From positions 62,001 through 126,000 of the forward strand of contig NW_026865651.1 of the NCBI RefSeq assembly GCF_026571515.1: 64,000 bases of DNA. The letters run 5' to 3'. Both the position numbers and the translations under genes were made by a program. The DNA comes from Ruditapes philippinarum (taxonomy: Eukaryota). Shown piece by piece: positions 53,231-64,000 of the stretch. The number at the start of each line of letters is the position of its first letter. Position 1 is the first letter of the stretch. Below the pieces are notes generated by a model. That model made no database searches, was not told where the DNA came from, and saw nothing but the letters and a program-made list of their open reading frames with translations.

Positions 53231-54880
53231 ATGTTTCTTATTTGATTTATTGTTGTATACTGGTGTATGTTACATAATAAAAATTACATAAATGTTAAAG
53301 ATAACATTTGTTATGCTAAAAATATCAATTTATCAATGTAAGAATAAATTAGCTATGTACAAAATAATACCGATATAACAGAGATAGGCAACTTTCTAGC
53401 CAGTTAAGATATCAAGTGTGCTTACTAAACTTAAAACTTGTAGCAAGTAAAACATATTAAATAAATATCAAAGTAAAACAATTCATTGTCAAAAAGCTTA
53501 TACATTAATTTTGTCTATGGCTGAAGGTAAAAACATTTAGACTTCCGATTTAAATAAATTCAAATAAATGATACATCAGTAAGAAATTCTTTAATTTTTT
53601 GTTACAAAACTATTCATATGACGAAAAAACTGGCTCAATGGATATGATCTTATAAATGAAAGGCATGGAAAGTTAACAATATTTTAACATGCAGCAATAG
53701 ATAAGAGACTTTAACTTTCAAATACGGTATACTATAAAAGGATCAAATGTACATACGTTAAGTTTAACTTGCTACAAAATGCCTAACTTTTCACTTTTTG
53801 ATAGGCATTTAGTGATAGTTCAATGGAGTATATAGAAGCTGCTTATCTCTGTTATCTACATCTCTGCCAATATAAACAAATAATGCTCTCACTTATGCTA
53901 AGCCAAAAGACCACAACAGTGTCAATTGGTCCAGTATATATGGATCAAATATTATCAATATAATAAATCTATGAGCGCCTATTCGACAGTGAATGAATAA
54001 GTCGGTATCAATTTAACGCTTACAGAAGCAATACAATTTACAATAGGACATTGAGAATAATAATATTTTGAAACCTTGTAAGAAAAACGTCAAACTAGTT
54101 TCTAATTGTTGAACACGAATCGTCGGAGTTTGATAGCCACACACTCACAAATTACCAACAAAATAGAGTTATTGTTTTATTGTTGTTGTTGTTGTTTTCA
54201 ATTGTGTTATTTTGTTGTTTTTTGTTTTCAAAAATAAATGATCAACACTTTTTTTTAAATTTTTATTTGCAATCATTTTTTTACAAACATGATGTTACTG
54301 AGCAACGATGAAAAATGAGTCAATTGAATAACTTAATGCGTTTTCTTGCGAAAAAAACTTTTTATTAGCTGTCACTCTCTGCTATGACATTTCTGAAAAC
54401 AAAATAAAAGTACACTTTTTATACATTTAAAGCCAAAATACTAGACTGTATTCTATTTAACTATTCGAATCCCTACATTTCTAATTGAAAAAACTATCGT
54501 GAAACTTTATGATATCTTTGCTAAATGCTAATGTTAGCAATTAAACATCTCCTAACAGGAGAGAAAAGAACATAATGCAGACTTTGATTGATTGGTAGCA
54601 GAGGTAAATTCGTACTACATAGCTTGATATAGAAGATGGTTAATTTGAAAAAAAAAACTTGTTGACTATAACACATCTTTTATAACTTATGATGCCACTC
54701 TTTAAAGTTGAATTTAATCAGGAGAAAAACGTTCATACTAAAGCGCATGTCTTTTATCAACACTTTGATTAACACCGTAACAGTAGATGCGTAAAGTAAA
54801 GCAAATAGTAAGGTTAGCAAACGGACACTCCAGATTGCTGTTATCAGTCAATATCAGTGATTTTTATAATAACCTTTACC

Positions 54881-57527
54881 TTATGGATGGAATCCAGCAC
54901 ATCTGCAAACTCCGTCAAGACAATGCCATTCGTGACCATGTGACCCACCATGACCATGTGTAGCATCGCCATGACAATGTGGAAGACCATCACAATCAGA
55001 TTTTGATGTGCAAACTTGAAAATAAACTTTACACCTATAATACTAGATTTTTTAAGCAAAAGAATAAACATTGAACGGGGGAATTTATCTTTTTTATCAT
55101 ATAATACTGCAAAATCATTTTTTATTCGTGGGGAACTAATTTTCAAATGCTTTATTTTTGCTGGATAGGTGAATCCACAAATTACAAATTTAAGATCAAA
55201 CAAAGTTCGATTTCGTCTGCTGTAGAATAATTAAGCATCACATTATTTTCATTTTACTTTCTGCAAAATAAAAACAATCCGTCAATTTAGCAGCTGATGA
55301 AAATATCCTGTGTGACAAAACCACGAACGTTCATGCTCACAAAAAGTATCGAATTTACAGTATAAGATTGAAGTGGGTCATTTTCTCATCATAATTATAA
55401 GGGTCATTAAAATAGCTTTCGGAAATAAGAAATAGACCAACCGGTATCAAAATACTTCAAAAACAAAACAAAAAAATGACAAAAGATCGTAATTGAAGAT
55501 GATCCAAACTAACAACATGTAGTAATATGAAGTTAATACTATGTCAAATAACTGTGGTAAGATATTCGATATCTAATTAATGTTAATTTATAATAAGTGT
55601 GAGGTGTTAATTGAATTGAATAAGTTCCATTCAGTATTTGGATATAGCACTTTGCATCTAAAAATATGGTAGAATAAGTTCCATTTAGTGTTTGGATATA
55701 GAACTTTATATCTGAGGTTAAGGTAGAATAAGTTCCATTTGGATATAGAACTTTATATCTAAGATAAGACAGAAAGTGCGCACGTGACAAGTATTACAAT
55801 GGCACATAAATACCTCTGTCTCCCGTCGTTCCAGTTGTGGCCTGTTGCAAGCACGTGCATTCTTGTCGTTCACATATCAAGGTAGCGTTCGAGTCGCACA
55901 TGGTCAGTGTGCATTCGTCGGCGGACATACAGTTCTCGGCGTATACGTATGCTGAAAAAAGAAACAAAGTAACCAACAAAATATTCGTGTATGTAATATT
56001 AAGTACACTTCAAAGTTTATTGTATACATTATGGCATATATAGATATCAGGTTTATTTGCATCAACTGAATGTTTCAAGTGTCAACTTTTATTTTATTAT
56101 GCTTATGATTGCCGTCATGGTTTAACGTGATGGAACCAAAATTGATAAGCTAGCCTTTCCCTGCAGTATAAAGCTAAGCCTGCACGGCATTGTCGTCTGA
56201 TAAAGCTGTAAACGGCTGGCTAAAAAAACTTTTCAACTTGATATACCAAACTTGATTATGTACAGTTCAAATAATGGACTCTGGAAATTTTCGTTTAACC
56301 TTTAACCTCATACAGGCGCGTTTTGACGACTTTTTACCCCCTCCCCATTTTGAGGCCTCAAATAGTGAAAAAAATATCCTATTTTGGTCCAAAACACTTG
56401 TTTCCGTTTTGAGAAAAGTTGTTAAAAAGAATCACTTTTTAAGCGCCGCCCCTATAAAAAGTGTCAAGGGGGTGCCAGGGGGGGTGGGGGGGTGGTTTGA
56501 TGCTTTGAGCCACCTTCTGCTTATGGCTTTGAAGGGGGACAGCCGATACACAAAAAAGTGATTTTTGGTAATTTTGGGATGTCCCCCTTTGACATGATAA
56601 CAGGAAATTTAAGGTTGAGCGTGCTGTTACAAAGGCTATGGTCCAGTTAACATATGTTCAAAGTTTGATCAGTATTGAAGCATTTTTTTATAGTTTCATA
56701 GCGGTTTGAACTTGTAACTGGAGGCTTTTTAACAGCTATATTTCACTATATGCTCATGCAGTAAAAACGTCATGGTACGCCGCAGATAAAGGGCTAATAT
56801 GTCGGAAAAAAACGTAATCGTCAGGTATATAAATAAAAAAAAATAATTCGATATTTAAATAATTTAAAAGTCGAAATTCTATTAACTGTATAGGAAAAAC
56901 TGGCTGTTAAAAGCCTAGAAAAAAATCATCATCGGAATTTAAATGAAATGAACAAAATGATAAATGTAAAAAGATATAAAAGGGCATTGTAAGAATTGAA
57001 TAAGAAACGATCGCAAAACACTAGAATTAAGTAAAAAAAAAGGGAAAAAAATAACAACAACATTTTTTTTGTGAAAGAGTTATTCAAATTATTACAACTA
57101 TAATCCAAGAAGTCAGCAATTACATTGTAATGAATTGTTGAAATCTTGAATGTGAAAACAACAATAAGTAGAAAAATCCATGATGCTGATGAAAAAAAAT
57201 CATTACTATTCTAAAGATCTAATAAAATACTATAAGATCGACGGGAATGCACTTGTGAAAATAGAAACAAATGAAACAATTGAATTCCTTTAAGTTCTAA
57301 CACCAAAGATTGTAAAAATGGCATCCAACTCAATCATAGATACAAGCAAAATAGCAAAGTGAAAAATCAAAACTGGCCCACACCTGGTACAAAAAAAGTA
57401 AGGGGAAAAATCAAAATCTCTTTAAAAAGTAGTGGAAAATTTAATAATTTGCTGTAAAATTCAAGAGTGAAATAAAACACAAAAACGTACCTGCTAGAGC
57501 AAAGCAAACGGCGATGAAAAACTTCAT
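54881..57527 (-). CDS. Secreted 12-Cys serine protease inhibitor, Cvsi-2-like (MEROPS I84-type), 102 aa, His-rich
   Basis: Exons 57527-57491, 55951-55814, 55014-54881; GT-AG, phases 1,1; 309 nt. Protein: MKFFIAVCFALAAYVYAENCMSADECTLTMCDSNATLICERQECTCLQQATTGTTGDRVCTSKSDCDGLPHCHGDATHGHGGSHGHEWHCLDGVCRCAGFHP. Signal peptide plus two 6-Cys repeats ending Cx4CxC, and a WHCxDGxCRC tail as recalled for Cvsi-2-like proteins. Confidence 0.85.
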
Positions 57528-58481
57528 TTTTGTTTTAATTGGCTATGTTGAATACAATTCACTCTTTCTCTGGCTAAGTCAAATCATTTCAATTTATACG
57601 TTTGATTTACATGGCAATGTCACGATGACATTCTAATCTTTCTGAGTATTACCCGGTATTACTTCGCCTCTTTGGGAATCTTACCGCTACTTACGACTCA
57701 TTACTAGTATTATTTAATATTTCTTAACTGAAAAGGGACTCAATCACGAATCTTAGGAGCAGCCCAGAACCCATGTGTTATTGATATGCCACTTAACTGG
57801 TACATAAACATACATATGTACATGTAAATGCGTTGTTATTGAGTTCTTTATTCTGTCCACTCTTTTCCAAATATTTTAATAGTTTCCTAAGATTAGTTTT
57901 TGTTTCAGTTTTTGAACATCCGGACATGCTCTGTTGAATTTGATGTCACTTCATTGCTATTGTTACGATCTCACACAGAGAAGATATGTTAAGGTTTTAC
58001 ACATCGGATGTTTCTAAATTCAAAAATTCACCATTCTCATGTTGAAATATTGAATTCTGCTTAAACCGGTGCTAAAGGGCGTGGACAGTAATTTACACAT
58101 GACAATATCTTTCTTTACGGACTTTCTTTGCGGATTCTTATTTTCTCTATTTTGAACGCTAAACATAATAGGTAATCAGATTATGAATACATAGTGTCAT
58201 AAAACTGACAGTTTCAAAATTGGACCAAATTATGTTGATCAATAATTGAGAATGCATCTTCTCAAACGTGCGTTTATTTGTGCATTTTCACATTCAAATT
58301 AGACTCATTCCATTCAATTAGAATTTCCTAGACTGCAATATAAGAATATGCCTAAAATTTAGCACAAAATATTCTTAAGCTATTATTTAGCAACGACAAT
58401 GGCATGAAATCCCATTGCATTCAGACTGACTACACCTTCTCACACATATTATTGTATTTTTTATGTACGGTGACATAAAGA

Positions 58482-58696
58482 GGACATAAGAAATCTTTTA
58501 TTTACTACGTGTGCATGCGATAGCTATTACGTGGTCTCGCAATTGGTATTTAATTTGCATGACCCGCAATAGACATAGCAAGCCCAAGCGATAGCAAGTA
58601 CGTGTGCACACGAGAGTATTACGTTGCCAGGTGATAACTGATATTGTCGCGTGACAACGTACAAGCTATCGCGTCCATTCAAGATTTCTTATGTCC
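58482..58696. mobile_element. Short MITE-like inverted-repeat element
   Basis: Perfect 16-bp inverted repeat GGACATAAGAAATCTT / AAGATTTCTTATGTCC around a more GC-rich core. Confidence 0.6.
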
Positions 58697-59356
58697 CCTC
58701 TTATCGATGCCAACGTGTGAATGTGTGTCATAGCTAAATATGTGGATGTAAATGTCTGAAAAGGTTGATGATGAAACATACTCAAAAGTAAACCGAATAT
58801 CAATTTTTGTGCGTGTCTTAGCCTGATTTCAGTGAAAAGCCTTTCATTTTAGGTCGTTTTACACATTAAAAAATATTATTCTGGAAAAATGGGGTCAGTA
58901 AATGATTTGAACATTTTGCACAAAAGTTATTGGTCTAAAATTACACAAAAATGACACACAACCCTTTTAACTATCGGGAAAAATATTTTGATTCCCGTTA
59001 TGTAAATAGAACCTAAGGAGAGTCCCTTTAAGGCTGTATATCGGTGTTTTTATATGTATCTATTTTAATATTTGCAAGTTAAAGATGGAGATTGATATTT
59101 ATGGTTGAATGTTACAGACATGTTGACTAAGACATCATTGGGAAGCAAAAGGCGGATAACCACCATAGATGTTTTATATGAAATTAAGTGTTATTTGCTT
59201 TCATTTATATAAGTATGAACAAAATAATTGAACCCTTCAATGCAAAATATAGTTTCGTGAAATAAAAGTTGCCATTAATGTTTCGAAAAACTGCCTGCAA
59301 TCTGCTTACTATTAACTTGTTCCTATTGCAATGCGGCAAAATGTTATACTATTTAA

Positions 59357-60152
59357 GGTAGTACACCCCTAATGGGCACTATAAGGAATTGTAAATTTGA
59401 CAACATGGGACAGTTATATGCCTTAAATGTCACCTGTTTGCAAAATTTAAACAAAATTTACCGTGTGGTTGATGAGTTATGGACATTTTTATGAACTAAA
59501 ACTTTGCCATTAGAAGGGATTTTTTCAGGATTGAGGAAACTCTAAAAAATCTATAATATCATCATTATGAAAAATGTTTTCCTTTTGCTCATTGTTAAGA
59601 AATAAACAATGACATATAGGTAACAAATTAAACAAGCAAAATGATTGTTTTTAAACGAAATGCTTTTAATATGTATAAAAATGTAACCCTACCCCACCCA
59701 CTTTTAACACTAATTTGACCATTTCCCTATGTAAAAAGCCTTATTTAAAATATCCCTAAAATTTTCCAAAATGAGGGGCTATTTTCAAAGTTTGCCTAAA
59801 TTTTCTTTAATGTATATTGGTTGGTCTTGCAAAATATAAAATACTTTTACCGTGTAGTTTTTATTTTATTAAACTTTGAAAATATCTGGTATCATATTTG
59901 CTATTAAATTTGGCATTATTTAGTAAATAAATACCTACAATAATTATATAATTAAAATAAAACACTTTTTTCTTCCATAGGGGGTCTGAGAGATTAATAA
60001 AAAATGTTAAAATGAAAAAAAAAGAAAGAAAAAAAAAATTGCACATTCTGGGGCTTGAACCCACCCCCCCTCAGTTTCAATACACTTTACAGTGATTTAA
60101 GCCTATTTGAATACTCTTCAAAGTGGATACAGTGCATTAGGGGTCTACTACC
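59357..60152. mobile_element. TTAA-flanked non-autonomous DNA element (Kolobok-like termini)
   Basis: 18-bp TIRs GGTAGTACACCCCTAATG / CATTAGGGGTCTACTACC (17/18), TTAA on both sides, GG...CC ends. Confidence 0.8.
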
Positions 60153-61072
60153 TTAAGTCGTTAATGTTTATTTGGGTTTAGATCGAATAAAAGCCATACC
60201 ATATTGTGACACTGTGAATGAAAGTCAATTATTATACAATGTGATAGATATTCGTGAATATTTTTATATTTCGCTCCGTCAATAAACATCGCTCTTCTAT
60301 TAGACAGATTTATAAATCAAATTAATTTTAATCAAAGATCCTGTATGAGTAATTAAGGTTGTTACCACACTCAAGTGAAACTTTATATCTGTATATAATT
60401 ATGCTTAAGCAGATTCTAAAACAATTTTCAAACATCGAAGAATATGTAAAATATGTACTGCAAAAATGTGTCCACATTGAATGTAATCATTAAAACATAT
60501 GCATTCATTTCTTATTGAAAAATTTTACTTAGACTTTAAAGAAGCTAAATTTCTAATTACCTCCCTCTATTAACATGAAATATAAATTCGATAATATCTT
60601 TACAAATAATGCTTTTTGGATCTTACAATATTAAAAACTCATCATTTGAGCATTGTATTTATGATATAAAACTATAAAAAATGGGGTAACAGGATCTATA
60701 AATGCATGATCTTTCGATAAACTATAAGCATATAAAATTAGAGAGCACACTAATATTTCAGGACCTGTATAATATTTGGTATCCTCTCAAAAAGCTAGAT
60801 TAAGTAATTCACTATTGTGTGGATATTTTAAGTTATTCTGTAATTACACGAATCATTTAGTTTAAGACAATTTTATTCATGTACATATACTTAATATTAC
60901 CACATTTTTAACAAGGTGAAATAAGATATCTACAAGTCGTGATTTTTTTTACCTAGTCCACATGGCACTTTCTCATCGTGTCGATTTTTATTACGTAAAT
61001 CAGACAGTGTCAACGGTTTATTTTCATACAGATTTAACAAGATTCGTTCAAAACTGTATTTCAGTTGAAAAA

Positions 61073-62812
61073 ATGTTTAAAATTGTGTGCTTATTGGTGT
61101 GCGTGGGTGAGTATTGAACAAATTTATTGATTTAATGGTTAAATAATCAGTTTTATTTTGAAAATTCTTTTCAATGATTGCTTGATTTTGTTATTACTTT
61201 ATCTAATATATGTTTGGTTCCCGTAATAAAGGACATTTTTTCAAATTATGGAAAAGTTCTTTTTGCAACAACAATTTTTATTGTGTGTGTAAAACATTTT
61301 AACTCACTACCTTAACACCTACAAAACACTGTATGTTGACTGTCAAATATCAAACTCTTACATGAAAATCTCTGTCTTGCAGTTGCATGATAGTAAAATT
61401 TGGTTAACATGAATGACGTTTAGGATATATAATGTCCTAAGTTCCATATTTGTACAAAAATGTTAACTTAATTAAACCTGCAAAAGATAAATTTTTAACA
61501 AAATTAACACATATTAATGGGTATTGATACAGAATGACATTGTTTTCATTTCCAAAATACTTGTCTTAAATTGTATCAGAATTGATATAAATCGGTATCA
61601 CTTTTAACACTTTACTGGATTTTCTAAAAGTTACTGTAAATCAACAAATGGATGCATATGTTAGTTTGTAAATAAATACGTTAATGTTAACCAAACTTTC
61701 GTATATTAAAGTGTATCTAAAAGTAAGATAAATAGATTTTTTTTGTTTGTTTCAGGAATAGTGTTGTCTGAAAGGCCAGAATATGGAACAGAACATTGCA
61801 AAAATGTTTTAGCTACAGACTGTAGCGGCTATTCTCCTGAACCTGTGTGTGCCTTTGACGGCCACAATCATGTGACATACCAAAATAGGTATAAAAAATT
61901 TATATTTATGCTTATCTTATATGTCCAGCTCTTGACATCTATAATTTCTTTCATTTTTCAACAGATAATATTTAAGATTTTAGGTTCAATTTTGATTTCT
62001 CATCGATTTCAATATAATTATGACTTTTTATCACATGTCCAAAATACATGAAATAAGAACTCTTTAAAGTTAAAAATAATCAATTAATTGACGGTCTGAT
62101 AGTGTAACGCTAAGAGTAAGTTCTCATTAAGCTATATCTGTATGACGCAAATGACGTCACGTCAAATATATGCACGGCTGTACAATACCTTTTAACGAAT
62201 CGAAAAGAGCTGCGGATATACGATTTATTGTGATACGCATTCATATACATAATGTTATAATAATACTTCCAATTTAAGTTATGAATTGTTATTTGGCGTC
62301 TTCGATCTATTGCGTCCTATAGGGTAACAGTTAAAACCACTGTCATAATGTAAAATGTTCGCTACACCTTGCATGCTGATGATTTTATGCTTTCATCTGG
62401 AATAGGAATGCTTTTAATTTTGCACTATCCTCTTATACGATTCTGAAGGAATTTTGGCCGGTTGTATCTGTATCTGTTATCGTTGTTGTCTGCTTGCACT
62501 TCCAATGACTTGCATAAAATTGTCAATATATGTAATTTGATGGAGGGTTATGATTGCGTGATGAATAAAAACCATTTGAAATTATCAGAGGCTAATGATG
62601 CTGAAAGAACCTTTATTTATGAATTGATTTTCAATTCTCAGTGGTAATAAAAACCATCTATACTCTTACAACTAAGAGTTATTTATTTTTGCATTTAATG
62701 ATACACTGCAAATATTTTCAGTTGCGAATTTGCGCACGGAATCTGCTCACACCATGGCCATAGCCTGCATGCTTTACACCAGGGTCCATGCACTGGAACA
62801 GAAACACTATAG
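61073..62812 (+). CDS. Secreted single-domain Kazal-like protein (85 aa), His-rich
   Basis: Exons 61073-61106, 61756-61888, 62722-62812; phases 1,2; 258 nt. Protein: MFKIVCLLVCVGIVLSERPEYGTEHCKNVLATDCSGYSPEPVCAFDGHNHVTYQNSCEFAHGICSHHGHSLHALHQGPCTGTETL. Six Cys in Kazal order, PVC...TYxNxC motif, AATAAA at 62844-62849. Confidence 0.87.
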
Positions 62813-64000
62813 AAAGGTCTATTTAACATTGAATTAACAGCTGAATAAAAATGAAAAAAAGTCAAAGATAAATCTGTTGTTTCTTTTTATTTATCCGACC
62901 CAGACCATGACTTATAGTCGAGCCGAGTCCTTTCGCAATCAGTAAAATCGAAAAATAATGTACAATTTTCTTAGGAAAAAACTAAAATCCGTGTTAATCA
63001 AACTCTTTATAAATAGAGCAAAAAAGTAAACGGCATATTAAAAACAAACAAACAAACACAACTATAGCCCCATCTTAACGCCTCTTTAGCATGTCCTTTC
63101 TCGAATGAGTGTGAGTCTGTTGTTGCACAAATAATGGCAATAAATCAGTTGGTAAAATTAGGTTTACGTTAAATTAATTGGGTATCCTGATTTAAAGAAA
63201 ACCCGGGTTTGAGGTAGTTTTAGAGTGCGTTGAAGGAAAGTCATTTTGGTCTAATGACAAAACTATATATTGAATGCCAAAAAAAAAGGTTCCGTGATAT
63301 AACTTTAATATTATTGTATTCAGAGTATACTAGCCAGTCCATGCGTTTCAATTTCTTATATCGGCAGCAGATCTAAAATCAAATACACAGTAACATTGAA
63401 AATGTTTCCGTACCAGTATCATTTCATCCTGAATTTCAAAAAATGCTAAGGTGTTGTTGATTAATGGATTCTTTTGTTTTGGATTTTAATGTCTCAAAGG
63501 TCAGAACAATAGTTATATTATTACAACTTAAAACAGTGTGCCCTATGTTTTTAGGTGATATTGGCCCCTCGGATGTAAAGTATTATATTTGCATGTAAGC
63601 AGTAGAATACCATAGGTGTTATTGCTTGTGTAGGTATTTATGGCAAACGCGTTCTTTATCATTAAATGTAAATATATAAATATTTGATCAGCTATGCCTT
63701 TTCACTCATAACTCATATGAAAAAATGATTAAACAAATCATATTTCTACATTTTCTTTAATATCATAGAGAAAAAAATAATTATGAAAATTTCATAAATT
63801 TCACAATTCATAATGTGACTATAGAACATAAGGAAAAGCCGTTACAGACCAATTGTATGAAGTTAGTGTTCGGCCTTCCAAAGGAAAACATTAGAATTGA
63901 GAAATGTCGATTTTATCAATATGTAATATTTTGAATAAAAATACATAATTTTACACAAATGGGCACACAGTCAGTTATTTTTAATGGGACTAGAAAAGCT

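Noticed and set aside
54844-55203. 119-aa minus-strand ORF in the track
   Set aside because: Wrong frame; the real exon (55014-54881) is in a different frame.

Overview
AT-rich eukaryotic (intron-containing) genomic DNA, most likely a bivalve mollusc. That assignment is inferred from the HSPA12 expansion, a Cvsi-2/I84-type inhibitor gene and the repeat types. The left two-thirds is a tandem array of three + strand HSPA12-type atypical Hsp70 genes, each with five coding exons, the first being the ATG alone. Copies 1 and 3 splice to intact 580- and 579-aa proteins. Copy 2 has a 1-nt frameshift. A fourth, orphan promoter/ATG exon lies upstream of copy 3. The ATPase domains are nearly identical between copies while the C-terminal substrate-binding domains are strongly diverged, and copy 3 looks like a copy-1/copy-2 mosaic. 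The right third holds three small secreted Cys-rich genes that the ORF track largely misses: a two-domain Kazal gene (+), a His-rich Cvsi-2-like gene (-) and a His-rich single-Kazal gene (+). Decayed exons of the same Kazal and Cvsi-2 families lie between HSPA12 copies 1 and 2. Introns and spacers carry non-autonomous transposons (Helentron/HINE-like with satellite cores, Harbinger-like, mariner/pogo-like, TTAA-flanked), SINE/tRNA-like pieces, microsatellites and two assembly gaps. All gene models were spliced by hand and have no transcript support here.
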